From positions 352,001 through 416,000 of the forward strand of contig CBDATS010000015.1 in the NCBI GenBank assembly GCA_965200245.1: 64,000 bases of DNA. The letters are read 5' to 3'. Shown here piece after piece: positions 31,527 to 41,635 of this stretch. The stretch is from a bacterium (GTDB lineage: Bacteria > UBA8248). The translations under genes were made by a program, and so were the position numbers. A model generated the notes under the pieces. It was given only the letters and a program-made list of their open reading frames with translations, searched no databases and was not told the DNA's origin. Position 1 is the first letter of the stretch; every line of letters starts with the position of its first letter.

Positions 31527-32244
31527 CGTCTTCAGAGTCGTGGAAAACCGCTGCGAAAGTGAATGGACGCACACGATTTTCTTCGATCAGGAAATCGAGT
31601 CACAGCCAGGACAATTCATGATGGTCTGGCTGCCCCGTCTGGGCGAAAAACCCTTTACACTCTCTTACTCCAACGCTATTACCGTGAAAAAGGCGGGCGC
31701 GTTCACCGAAAAGCTGGCCGCTGTCGAGCCGGGAGATGAAATCGGGCTACGCGGCCCGCTCGGGAAGGGCTACCCTCCCTTGAAAAGACCCGCTCTCATC
31801 GGTGGCGGCGTGGGGATTGCGGAATTGAGACTTCTCGCCCTCGCCTCCGAGGCACCCTCATTCGTTCTGGGCGGACGCACGGCGAACGAGATTCTCTTCT
31901 ATGAGGAATTCAGGGAACTCGGTCCCGTTCACGTCGCCACAGAGGACGGCGCCTTGGGACACAGAGGGCTGGTGACGGAACTCCTGCCGATTGAGGCGGA
32001 GAGTTACGCCGTTTGCGGGCCAGAGCGCATGATGGCCGCGTGTCTGCCGAAACTCCCTGCCGATCGGACGTATTTCGCCATCGAACGATACATGAAATGT
32101 GCCGTTGGTCTGTGCGGACAATGCACCTGCTCGGGCTGGCGCGTATGTACGGACGGCCCCATATTCCCCGCCTCCACTGTCGCGCAGATGGAGGATTTCG
32201 GGAAGCGAAAACGCTCGAAGAGCGGAAGGTGGGAAGCGGTTTAG
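31519..32244 (+). CDS. pyrK: Dihydroorotate dehydrogenase electron-transfer subunit
   Basis: PGQFMMVW, RGPLGKG, GGGVGIA, CGPERMM, ERYMKCAVGLCGQC...VCTDGPIF. Confidence 0.85.
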   Translation: MRSVFRVVENRCESEWTHTIFFDQEIESQPGQFMMVWLPRLGEKPFTLSYSNAITVKKAGAFTEKLAAVEPGDEIGLRGPLGKGYPPLKRPALIGGGVGIAELRLLALASEAPSFVLGGRTANEILFYEEFRELGPVHVATEDGALGHRGLVTELLPIEAESYAVCGPERMMAACLPKLPADRTYFAIERYMKCAVGLCGQCTCSGWRVCTDGPIFPASTVAQMEDFGKRKRSKSGRWEAV

Positions 32245-32283
32245 TCGGCATATCTTCCAAAGGCGATTCGCCTGTGCCTATAA

Positions 32284-33102
32284 TTGGGCGAGGAGCGGAA
32301 GAACCTTCACCATCACGAGGCTCCAAGCGGAGGACAGGCCATCCAATTCCGTGTGTTGGGCTGCGCGGGCGGCAAAGCGCCCGGATACCATTTGACGTCT
32401 TTTCTCATCAACGATGAGTTGTTGCTGGAGAGCGGATCGGCCGCTTCGGGCCTCACCATCAGGGAACAGGCTCGACTCACCGGCGTCGTGGTATCGCATG
32501 CACATCTGGATCATATCGCGGAACTCCCCTACCTCGCCGACAACATCTTCGGTCTCCGGGAGGATTCACTCCAAATCATCGGAGCGCGCGACGTTCTGGA
32601 ACAGATACAGAAATCCATCTTCAACAACGCCGTCTGGCCGGATTTTTGCGAGATATGTCACGAGGAAACGCCTGTACTCGATTTCTCTGCCATCAAGGAG
32701 ATGGAAACCCGTTCCTGCAACGGAATCCGAATAACCCCCTATGCGGTCGACCACAAGGGCACGACTTTTGGTTTCATCATTCAGGATGCAGAATGTGCTC
32801 TGCTCTATACCAGCGATACGGGGCCAACCGAAGCCATCTGGCGAGGCTCCGCCGAAGTGGACAATCTGCGTGCCATCATCACCGAGGTGTCGTTCCCGAA
32901 CAGGATGGAGGAACTGGCGCGCATTTCCAGGCACCTGACCCCCGCCATGCTCCATACGGAGATGCGAAAAATGCCGCCCGACATTCCCGTATACATCTTT
33001 CACATCAAGGCTCAGTTCAGCGATGAGATCAGGACGGAAATCAAGGCGCTGGAGGATCCGAGAATCGAGGTGCTCGAAGAGGGAAAGACGTATACCCTTT
33101 AG
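32284..33102 (+). CDS. Metallo-beta-lactamase fold 3',5'-cyclic nucleotide phosphodiesterase-like protein
   Basis: VLGCAGG, SHAHLDH, IFNNAVWPDF, SDTGPT, EVSFPN, HLTP. Confidence 0.8.
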   Translation: MGEERKNLHHHEAPSGGQAIQFRVLGCAGGKAPGYHLTSFLINDELLLESGSAASGLTIREQARLTGVVVSHAHLDHIAELPYLADNIFGLREDSLQIIGARDVLEQIQKSIFNNAVWPDFCEICHEETPVLDFSAIKEMETRSCNGIRITPYAVDHKGTTFGFIIQDAECALLYTSDTGPTEAIWRGSAEVDNLRAIITEVSFPNRMEELARISRHLTPAMLHTEMRKMPPDIPVYIFHIKAQFSDEIRTEIKALEDPRIEVLEEGKTYTL

Positions 33103-33126
33103 CCATTCATCACCACAGGGTATCAC

Positions 33127-33152
33127 CTCCTGCGAATGGCAGGAGAGCTTTT
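33127..33152 (+). terminator. Probable intrinsic terminator
   Basis: CTCCTGC-gaatg-GCAGGAG followed by a short T tract, downstream of the phosphodiesterase. Confidence 0.45.
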
Positions 33153-33246
33153 GAAAGAAGAGCAAACGGCGGCCCGGCGGAAGAAAAAGGATCATCGGCC
33201 GAATCGCCCACGAAAAAAACACCGACAAGGATGAGGAGACGCTTTC

Positions 33247-33492
33247 GTGGAAGACATCGAAGCGCAGAGAAAACACAGCCGTATCATGGCGGAACGAATC
33301 AGCCGGATTCTGGCCGGAGAGATCGAAGGCGTCGAAGCGGACATCCGCTATAGCTACCAAGACAAGAGTTTCCGGCTCTGGTGGGGAGACCGGGGCGACC
33401 CGGACACCACCGCTCTCATCACCTTCGAGCAGATCGCCGCGTTAAACGACGACGAGTTGCGTCAGGTCATACGCTCATCCGTCAGAGGCTAG
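33247..33492 (+). CDS. Small hypothetical protein (81 aa)
   Basis: GAGGAG RBS; natural-looking composition; fills an intergenic gap. Confidence 0.6.
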   Translation: MEDIEAQRKHSRIMAERISRILAGEIEGVEADIRYSYQDKSFRLWWGDRGDPDTTALITFEQIAALNDDELRQVIRSSVRG

Positions 33493-34373
33493 GCGATGTC
33501 GGCCAACTCCTGGTAAATCCGGAAGATCGAACTTCCGTCTTCATTCTGCCTGCCCTTGCTGCGCTGGGCCATATAGAAGTGTTCCAGCAGTCCGCCAAGC
33601 GGCACGGGCACGTCCAGATCCTTGGCAGAGTCGATAGCACACTCCAAATCCTTGAGAACGATCCAAATCGGACCCGATTCGGGGAAATTGCCAGCCAGCA
33701 TGTCCTTGCCGCGAACCTCAAGCACGTTCGAGCCCGCGGCACCGGAGCAAAGCGTATCGAGCATGACGTCTTCGGGAATTCCTGCCTTGAGGCCAAGCGT
33801 AAGACCCTCGCACGCCCCTGCCATATTGATAAACAACACGAGATTTACGACCAGCTTGAGCTGGGCGGCGAGCCCGTTTTGCTCGCTCACGAAAATCGTC
33901 TTCTTGCCAATGGCGTCGAAGGCGGGCTTCGCCTTCTCGTATGCGTCCCTGGGGCCCGCTGCCATCACCACCAGGTCCTTCACCGCGGCCTGCTTGCCCA
34001 CACCGCTGACCGGGCAATCGAGCCAGCGTACGCCCCGCTCAGCTACTTTCTCCGCCATCGCCCTTGAAAACTTCGGTGGAACCGTGCTCATGTCCGCGAT
34101 GATACCGCCTTCAGGAATCCCCTCCAGAACGCCTCCCTCGCCAGTTATAGCCTCTTCCACGACCTTATAGTTGGGCAGTGAACTCATCACCAAGTCGGCT
34201 CCGCTGGCTGCGTCCGCAGGTGAACTGGCGCGGCGCAGGTTCTTGCCCTCGAATTTTTCGTACATCGCATCGAGCGGGTCGTAGCCCGCCACTTCCATGC
34301 CGGAGTCCAGCAGATGGCCAGAAAACGCGCCTCCCATGACGCCCAAACCCACGACTCCCACTTCCATGCTCAC
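33489..34373 (-). CDS. 3-hydroxyisobutyrate/tartronate-semialdehyde dehydrogenase family oxidoreductase
   Basis: GVVGLGVMG, DMSTVPP, LDCPVSG, KLVVN, KDL. Confidence 0.88.
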   Translation of the reverse strand: MSMEVGVVGLGVMGGAFSGHLLDSGMEVAGYDPLDAMYEKFEGKNLRRASSPADAASGADLVMSSLPNYKVVEEAITGEGGVLEGIPEGGIIADMSTVPPKFSRAMAEKVAERGVRWLDCPVSGVGKQAAVKDLVVMAAGPRDAYEKAKPAFDAIGKKTIFVSEQNGLAAQLKLVVNLVLFINMAGACEGLTLGLKAGIPEDVMLDTLCSGAAGSNVLEVRGKDMLAGNFPESGPIWIVLKDLECAIDSAKDLDVPVPLGGLLEHFYMAQRSKGRQNEDGSSIFRIYQELADIA

Positions 34374-34462
34374 GGTTTCTCATCTCCTATTGAATGCGGC
34401 GGCGAGAGGAATGATTTCTGACCACCGGCAGGAACTGTAATAACGACCAGGATTTCACATTT

Positions 34463-35221
34463 TCAATGAATAATATATCCGCCGTCCACCACGAGGTTAT
34501 GCCCATGCACAAATGAAGCATCCTCAGAAGCGAGAAACAGCACCACGCTCGCGATCTCTTGCGGTTCGCCGAAACGCCCCATCGGTACAGTCGCCAGACG
34601 CTTGGCGCGTTCTTCGGGCGTTTTGTAGGCGTGTTTCTTGAGATATTCGGTCGCCGTAGGCCCCGGGCTCACTGCGTTCACCAAAATGTTCTCGCCTGCG
34701 AGTTCGAGCGCCATCGAGCGTGTGAGCTGAATCAGTGCCGCCTTGGTCGCGCTGTAAAGAGCAGTCTCGCGTGCTGCTACCGACCCCAACTGGCTCGCAA
34801 CATGCACAATTCTTCCGCCACCCGCCTCGCGCATCAGTGGCAATACTGCCTGGCTCGCAAAAAAAGGAGCGCGCAAGTTCACGGCGACCACGCGGTCAAA
34901 ATCCTGATACGAGAAAGTCCCGAACGGATGGCTTGCGCGAATGCCTGCGTTGTTCACCAGAATGTCTACGCCGTCAAGGGCTTGAGCCGCAGCTTCCACC
35001 ATACGCTCGGCAGTGCCCACTTCCGCCAGATCGAAAACACCGAAAGCGGCAGATCCACCGGCGGCCTCGCACTCCTGTGCAACGCTTTTGAGTTCACCCT
35101 GCGTTCCGTCTGCCGCCAGAAAGAGGCGCGCCCCCTTCGCCGCGAAACGAAGTGCCACACATTCACCGATACCGCGCGATGCGCCCGTTACGAGCACCCT
35201 TTTCCCATCCAGACAGTTCAA
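34463..35221 (-). CDS. Short-chain dehydrogenase/reductase
   Basis: TGASRGIG, NNAG, YSATK, NAVSPG, VDGG. Confidence 0.92.
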   Translation of the reverse strand: MNCLDGKRVLVTGASRGIGECVALRFAAKGARLFLAADGTQGELKSVAQECEAAGGSAAFGVFDLAEVGTAERMVEAAAQALDGVDILVNNAGIRASHPFGTFSYQDFDRVVAVNLRAPFFASQAVLPLMREAGGGRIVHVASQLGSVAARETALYSATKAALIQLTRSMALELAGENILVNAVSPGPTATEYLKKHAYKTPEERAKRLATVPMGRFGEPQEIASVVLFLASEDASFVHGHNLVVDGGYIIH

Positions 35222-35311
35222 CTGCGTTTCTCCTGTGTGAAAGTTGCGCTATATTCATCTCCGGCGGACATAGCGCGAACCAGGACAAAGGAAAATCAAG
35301 GAGAACAGACG

Positions 35312-35914
35312 ATGCCCCGACCCGGCACCTCTTTCGTAGAACTTCAACATGTCGCCATCAAGGTATCCGATATCGAGGAATCACTGAAATTCTACACAGA
35401 GATTCTCGGTTTCAACCTGTCGGAATGCCATGACCCCGGAGAACTTCCGGGTCTGGACGTTGGCCTCTGCTTCCTTCGCTGTGGCGCATTTCATCACGAT
35501 TTGAACCTAGTATACCACACCGGCGAGCAACCCGATCTCAAAGAAATGAGAACCAACGACCAAGGGCCAATAAAAGATCTGGGCTTGCATCATTTTGCGT
35601 TTCGGGTAAAAGACCGGGCGGAGTTCTTCGCCTGGAGAGACTGGCTTGAAGAATGCGGGATCGAGATCGTACGCGGACCACTGGTACACAGTCCCACCCA
35701 TCCCGAAGGTGACGGCTCGTGGGGGGAGAACAGGGCCATGTATTTCTGTGACCCCGATGGCCACCGTATCGAGATCTTCTGCGATCTGGCCCCGATGGAC
35801 AAGGCGAATGGCATCAAGAAGGAATGGTACGAAGATAGGCTCCGCCGGGATGGAATCGATCCCGCCCCGCATCCCCCTGTTGGCCCGCACCCAACGGGAG
35901 CCTTCACACACTGA
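35312..35914 (+). CDS. VOC/glyoxalase (extradiol dioxygenase-like) family protein
   Basis: AGGAG RBS then MPRPG; HVAIKV, FYTEILG, HHDL, LHHFAF, YFCDPDGHRIE. Confidence 0.85.
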   Translation: MPRPGTSFVELQHVAIKVSDIEESLKFYTEILGFNLSECHDPGELPGLDVGLCFLRCGAFHHDLNLVYHTGEQPDLKEMRTNDQGPIKDLGLHHFAFRVKDRAEFFAWRDWLEECGIEIVRGPLVHSPTHPEGDGSWGENRAMYFCDPDGHRIEIFCDLAPMDKANGIKKEWYEDRLRRDGIDPAPHPPVGPHPTGAFTH

Positions 35915-35944
35915 GCCGCCCAGAAGAAACGTTTTCAATAGGTA

Positions 35945-37722
35945 ATGGTTGTGGGTTGGAAAAATTTTCGGATACGGCTTCTTGGCTGGCTGCGTCACTA
36001 CGAGTTCTCAGACGATGGCATTTTCTTCCTCACTACCATCATCGTGGGAGCGTTGACCGGATTTGTTGCCGTGTGCTTTCACGTCGCGCTGGGTTGGGCG
36101 CATTATGTTTTTTTTCGGTTCCCACGATCTTTCCCTTATCGAACGTGCCTGGTACTGGGTGGCCATTATACCTGCCGGGGGCGCGTTTCTCTCCGCACTC
36201 TTCCTCCATTACTTCGTGCCCGAGGCCCGGGGCAGCGGTATCCCCCAGACGAAAATCGCATACGTCGCCCACAACGGCCACATCGACAAGCGCGTGTGGA
36301 TATCCAAGTTTCTCATCGGAGTTCTCAACATCGGATCGGGTTCCAGTCTGGGTCGTGAAGGCCCCACAGTTCAGATTTGCTCGGGCATGGCGAGTTGGAT
36401 CGGCGAGACCTTTTCGCTGAGAAGACACCGCGTGCAGGCGCTCGTTCCGGTGGGATGCGCCGCCGCTCTGGCCGCCGCGTTCAACACACCTATCGCCGCC
36501 GTCACTTTCACGCTCGAAGAGTTGGTGGGTGATCTGAATGCGAGGGTGCTCGGATCCATCGTTTTCGCGGCGGTCGCCGCATCGGTTGTCTCGCGCGCCA
36601 TGCTTGGGAACGAGCCTGTCTTCTCCGTGCCGGCATACTCGCTGGACAGTTCCCTGGAACTCCTTTTGTATGCCTTCGTGGGTGTCATCTGCGCCATCGT
36701 CGGCGTCGCATTCACCAAGGGCTTGCTCTTCGCTCGCTCGCAGTGGAAGCGTCTCCGGGGATTCCGGGGGGTTGCCGCCACCGGTATCGGCGGCCTGTTC
36801 GTGGGCGTCATCGGTATCTGGTTTCCCGAAGTTTTCGCCGTCGGCTATCCCGCCGTGAGCAAGGCTCTCACGCACAGCTACACGCTGCCTTTTCTCCTGT
36901 GCCTCGTTGTTCTGAAGCTCATCACGACTGTGGTTTCCTACGGAACCGGCTCTTTGGGCGGCATCTTCGCACCGACGCTCTTCATGGGAGCGATGACGGG
37001 AGGGGCTGTGGCAACTCTCGCCGAGATAGTCCTCCCCGGCTTCGTGGCTCATCCGGGCGGATACGCGCTCGTCGGTATGGGCGCGGCCTTCGCGGCCATC
37101 ATTCGTGCGCCCATGACTTCAGTGCTCATCATCTTCGAACTCACGCAAGACTACAACATCATTCTCGCGCTCATGGTCGCCAACGCCATCTCGCTTACCC
37201 TGGCACGGCATTGGCATCCTGAGCCGATCTACAGCGCACTCTCCTCACAGGACGGCGTCGCGCTGCCCGATCATGAGACCGAGCACCTTCTGCACGAAAT
37301 CCATGTATCTGACGCCATGGTGTCCGATGTCGTCACCCTGTCCGAGGACATCACGATACAAGAGGCGATAGAAAGAACGAGGGGAAGCACCATTTCCGGC
37401 TATCCCGTCCTGAACGCGAACGGGAGACTTTCCGGAATGGCCAGCAACTACGACTTCAGCCAGGCGCAGGCTGCAGGCTGCAGGCATTCTGCACAGGCCC
37501 TTGAGCGAGATTGCGAAGAAGAAATACATCATGCACGCCCATCTGGATCAGTCGCTTGATTCGGTAATGGCGAAGCTGGGCGACAGGAGCATATCACGAC
37601 GGCCCGTCGTGAGCAGGGAGGACCCAACGGAACTTCTGGGGATCATCACTGCCGAGGACGTTATTCACGCCCTCGGCAAAGTGTGGCACGAACAGCAACA
37701 CCATCAACACGATTTCGACTGA
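35945..37722 (+). pseudogene. ClC Cl-/H+ antiporter with CBS pair, broken by two frameshifts
   Basis: GSGIP, GREGP, FTLEE and GIFAP motifs. An extra T in the T8 run at 36108-36115 and a 7-bp tandem duplication at 37466-37485 split it into three ORFs. Confidence 0.85.
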
Positions 37723-37814
37723 GTCCCCTGCCGAATTTTGGGGAATCACATACTGAAATCCCGCAAGACCTGATATCCTGATTCCCCGGTTTTTGCGTTG
37801 CCGGGTGTATCATT

Positions 37815-38072
37815 CTAGTCAAATATCCTATTGTAATATCCGCCCTGGACGGACGCCAGCTGTTCCTCGGTGAGCCGGGGCGAAGGCGGAAGCACCAGAT
37901 AGCCGTTTTCCGCGTCATCCGACACGACATGGAGGTTGCAGTCATCCGGAAGAGTGATTCCGGTCTCCTCGGATATCACGGCCTTCGGGTCAGAGATCAG
38001 GCGGGCGCGGAACTCCTCGCTGACCTCCGCCTTCTCGAGCAGGTGATTGCGCATCTCGGTAATGGATTTCAT
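37815..38072 (-). CDS. NHLP-leader (nitrile hydratase-like leader) RiPP precursor peptide
   Basis: KAEVSEEFRARLISDPKAVISEETG..LP...HVV......YLVLPP...LTEEQLASVQGG, then core YYNRIFD; AGGAG RBS. Confidence 0.85.
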   Translation of the reverse strand: MKSITEMRNHLLEKAEVSEEFRARLISDPKAVISEETGITLPDDCNLHVVSDDAENGYLVLPPSPRLTEEQLASVQGGYYNRIFD

Positions 38073-38468
38073 GTCGGTCTCCTGTCCTCAGGAAATGAGT
38101 ATGGGTTGATACCCGCGATGCTTTCGTTTTTTTTTGCATCGCTGTCATGAGCAGGATATGGGATATTCCGATGAAAAGGCAAGAAATTTGTTGACGTTTT
38201 TCTCGTTTTTTATTTGGAGCAAGCTTTTTCCCGGAAACCCGTCCATATGTCCCCTCCTCTCCCGGGAAACCGGCGGCCGAAGTATCCGTCTTTCCCGAAT
38301 CAAGGTATGAAGACCTGTGGATTCAAGTATGTAATTCCCAATTGTTTTGTACATAGTGCGGAAATTTTCTATTATCATCATGGGCCAGATTGGAACGTGA
38401 AATTTGCGTCCCGTATAATCGAATCACGTCCAGGGGAGGATTGGAACCTGTACGCCGGAACTACGAAA

Positions 38469-39128
38469 ATGACCGCCAAACGTCTCACCACCCTGCCCTC
38501 GAGCGGGCAGCCCCTGTGGCTGAAAAAGATTTTCCAGGCGGGGCTCCGGCTAGCTTTTGGCGGAGTTGACGTCAAGGGTATGCACAATGTACCACCCGAC
38601 GGTCCGCTCATCGTCGCCTCGAATCACCGCAGTTATCTCGACCCCATGATCCTCGCCTCCTTCGTGCCGAGACGGCTGTATCACATGGCCAAGCGGGAGT
38701 TGTTCCGCAATTTCCTGTTCGCCAGGCTCATCACTTACTTTGGTGCCTTCCCGGTGGACAGGGCGGGAGTCGCGCGCGCCAGCACGTTCAGGATGGCCCT
38801 CAATCTCCTCGACCTGAACGGTGCGGTGGTAATTTTCCCTGAAGGAGGCATCGTGGCCAAAGTGGCCGAGATGGGCGTGAAAGAGGGCGTCGCCACCCTC
38901 GCCACCAAAAGCCGTGCACCGGTTCTTCCGGTCTATATCGCGGGGTCGAACACGCTCATCAGTCCGAGGGGTATTCTGGACCCCTGGCTCGTCATCCGGG
39001 TGGGAGAACCCATCCCGCCAGCGAGGGAAGGAACCGGTCGGAAGTACCGGCGGAAATTCGCCCAAAGCATTGTCGACGCGATCCTGAAACTCGAAGCGGA
39101 TTTTCTTGCAGCGAGACGACAGAAATGA
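38469..39128 (+). CDS. plsC: 1-acyl-sn-glycerol-3-phosphate acyltransferase
   Basis: NHRSYLD (HX4D), AKRELF, FPVDR, FPEG. Confidence 0.88.
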   Translation: MTAKRLTTLPSSGQPLWLKKIFQAGLRLAFGGVDVKGMHNVPPDGPLIVASNHRSYLDPMILASFVPRRLYHMAKRELFRNFLFARLITYFGAFPVDRAGVARASTFRMALNLLDLNGAVVIFPEGGIVAKVAEMGVKEGVATLATKSRAPVLPVYIAGSNTLISPRGILDPWLVIRVGEPIPPAREGTGRKYRRKFAQSIVDAILKLEADFLAARRQK

Positions 39129-39164
39129 GACACCGGGCGCAATGCGAAGGCTACGCCCGGTGTC
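39129..39164. terminator. Hairpin between convergent plsC and porin genes
   Basis: GACACCGGGCG-N14-CGCCCGGTGTC, perfect 11-bp stem. Confidence 0.55.
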
Positions 39165-39268
39165 CCGAAAATCTCACTCAAAAGGCTTCATGGCATCGCA
39201 TACAAATAGCTTTTCCGCCATTCTCTCTTGATTTCGACAAATCCCCCCAAGGTCTCTTTCTCAAACCT

Positions 39269-40582
39269 CTAGAAGCTGTATTGCAGTCCGATTTGCAGGC
39301 GCGACGCGTCACCCTCTCTGCCGTCGTTCGTTTCGCGCCAGCCATGCATGTATTCAAAGCCTGCCCGCATCTTGGGTGCAAGCGACCACCAGACGTTGGC
39401 GTGCACCGATTCGAGCGACTGGCTGAGTTCCGGGAACACTGCCTTTGCCGGGTCTTCGAAGTCGTTCTCCACCCAGCCATAATAGAAACCCGAACTCACG
39501 GAACTGTTCCAGTTTTGCGTGAGACCGATGAAACCGCCCATCGAATCCAGTGCTTCCAATGCACCCCCCGCTCCCAGGATAGCGGCTGCTGAAGCCCCGA
39601 GCATGGATTTATCCAACCCGCCCTGACCGACATTGAGCGTCCCCCACAGTCGGGTGTCCTTGCCCAAACCGACGTTCGCGCCGAGGTGAAATGCGGAGAT
39701 GGTCAGACTCTCTTCAACTGCGCCATCTTCGTAGATAACCTGTCCGATGAGGCCCGACGCATTAATGGCACCCCAAGCCGTCGTCAGGCGCAGGGCCGCC
39801 GTCAGATTCGGCATTCGCTCCTGTGAGGATGCTGTCCCGCCAGCCTTCAGAATAGTCGGAGAATCGGGATCTTCGAGTGCGACCTGCATCGTGAGGTTCT
39901 TTCCCATCGCCTGGGAGTAGCGAACCTGTGGCCGACGCACGGCAACTATGCCTACCGGCCCTTCGAAATCCACAGTATCGGCATAGGTGTTCTCATCCAT
40001 GAATGTGGTCCAGTTCTGTCCCGCAAGTACCGGACCCAGAGACGCGTACGCATGGCGCAGTCGCAAGGCGTTACGACTGCCATAGAAATCGGTTTCGATT
40101 CTGGTCTTGAGTTGGCCGACACCCGTAGGCGTCAGGCTGTCGAAACGAAGGCGCGTCTGCCTTGCATGCAGGGAAGTTTTCTGCTGTCGGGTTCCACCAT
40201 CGAGAGCAATCGCGCTGGGCTCGCCTCCCCAGTCATAGATGGAGAAGGCATCACCCAGATCCTGGTCGATATCGTAGATCGCATCAAGCTTCACGTAGCC
40301 ACTGAAAGAGAGCGACGTTTTGCTCCCCGGCATCTTCCAGGAACCCGGAAAATCACCGGTAGCCACTGCCTTTTTCCGGGTGGCTTCCGTCGCGGCCTTC
40401 ATATCGGCCTTCATTTTCTTCTCGCGGGCCTCGAGAGCTTCGAGCCGCTTCATGAGCGCCTTTATCTGCGCCTTGAGATCGTCTATCTCTCCTCCTGCGA
40501 CTGGCACGACGAACATCGCCAAAGTCATAACGAACCCGATTATTCCTATTCCAAACCGATTTCTCCAGCTGATCTTCATCAT
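39269..40582 (-). CDS. DcaP-family outer-membrane porin
   Basis: Signal peptide, N-terminal coiled coil, GYVKLD, RQTRL, ETDF, RLRHAY, GQNWTTF, C-terminal YSF. Confidence 0.85.
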   Translation of the reverse strand: MMKISWRNRFGIGIIGFVMTLAMFVVPVAGGEIDDLKAQIKALMKRLEALEAREKKMKADMKAATEATRKKAVATGDFPGSWKMPGSKTSLSFSGYVKLDAIYDIDQDLGDAFSIYDWGGEPSAIALDGGTRQQKTSLHARQTRLRFDSLTPTGVGQLKTRIETDFYGSRNALRLRHAYASLGPVLAGQNWTTFMDENTYADTVDFEGPVGIVAVRRPQVRYSQAMGKNLTMQVALEDPDSPTILKAGGTASSQERMPNLTAALRLTTAWGAINASGLIGQVIYEDGAVEESLTISAFHLGANVGLGKDTRLWGTLNVGQGGLDKSMLGASAAAILGAGGALEALDSMGGFIGLTQNWNSSVSSGFYYGWVENDFEDPAKAVFPELSQSLESVHANVWWSLAPKMRAGFEYMHGWRETNDGREGDASRLQIGLQYSF

Positions 40583-40749
40583 CCCTCTCCTCGCGTTAGC
40601 CTGGATGGACACTATTTCCAATGAGGATGCAGGAAACATAGTCACGAATGGGACAATATGATTCCTGCACCGTTCCCGACGCATATTTTCTCGATTCCAC
40701 TCTGGATTCAGTCTGACAGCAACCCGGTTCGACAAAACCTGCAGGTGGC

Positions 40750-41616
40750 TCAGTATCCGTCCAGCACTTTCAGGATGGTTCGCCGAACCAGAATGGGCGT
40801 CACTTGCCGTCTGTAATTGTCGCTAGCGCGGATATCGGTCAAGGGTTCGATATCTCCGAGCGTATCCGCCAACACGGTGTCGATGTTCTCCTGGTTGATC
40901 TCTTTGCCCTCAAGACCTTCTTCCGCCGCCTTGAGGCGTCTGAAAACAGCCTCCACACCGCCCAAGCCGATTCTCACCTCCTTGGCAGTCTTGCCATCCT
41001 CTTCGGTGAGCACCGCGGTGGAAACGGATACGCAGGGCTTGTCTTCCTTCGAACGCGTGGTGAAGCGCGTGCACGCCGTACGGAAACCATCGGGCAGCGG
41101 ATCAACCTCTATGGAACAGAGCAATTCATCCTCATCCAGGGCGCACTCGTAATACCCCGTCCAGAACTCCGTCGCCGGAATCACGCGCGCGGATCCATCT
41201 GCCTTTTTGGTATTCATACGCGCTTCCAGGACAAGAAACGCACCGGGAGGATCGGACGCCGGTTCCGCAAAACACAGGTTGCCGCCTACAGTCCCCTGGC
41301 TTCGAATTCGAATCGTGGCCACGTTGTGAAAAATTTCCGCGAGGAGCGGGAAGCGTTCCTGGACGATCGGGGATAGTTCGATCTTGCGGTGCACCGTCCT
41401 CGCCCCGATGCGGATGCCGCCGGTTTCGGTTCCTTCAATGAAGTCCAGATCGCCTGCACCTGCGATGTCAATCAATACCTCGGGTTCGTACACCCCCGAT
41501 TTCATGAGAATCGAGAGAGCCACGCCGCCAGCAAAAACTTTCCCGTCATCGCCATGCTCCTTCAGGGCGGCGAGCGTTTCCTCCGCGCTGTTCGCGGGTA
41601 GGTGTCGAAAAACCAT
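40750..41616 (-). CDS. Molybdenum hydroxylase FAD-binding medium subunit
   Basis: FAGGVAL, IRSQGTVGGN, EPASD, DIRASDNYR. Confidence 0.88.
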   Translation of the reverse strand: MVFRHLPANSAEETLAALKEHGDDGKVFAGGVALSILMKSGVYEPEVLIDIAGAGDLDFIEGTETGGIRIGARTVHRKIELSPIVQERFPLLAEIFHNVATIRIRSQGTVGGNLCFAEPASDPPGAFLVLEARMNTKKADGSARVIPATEFWTGYYECALDEDELLCSIEVDPLPDGFRTACTRFTTRSKEDKPCVSVSTAVLTEEDGKTAKEVRIGLGGVEAVFRRLKAAEEGLEGKEINQENIDTVLADTLGDIEPLTDIRASDNYRRQVTPILVRRTILKVLDGY

Positions 41617-41635
41617 TTTCTCTCCCCTTTCCTCG

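Noticed and set aside
37815-38072. Nitrile hydratase alpha subunit
   Set aside because: It lacks the metal-binding CxxCSC motif and ends in a GG-type leader cleavage site.
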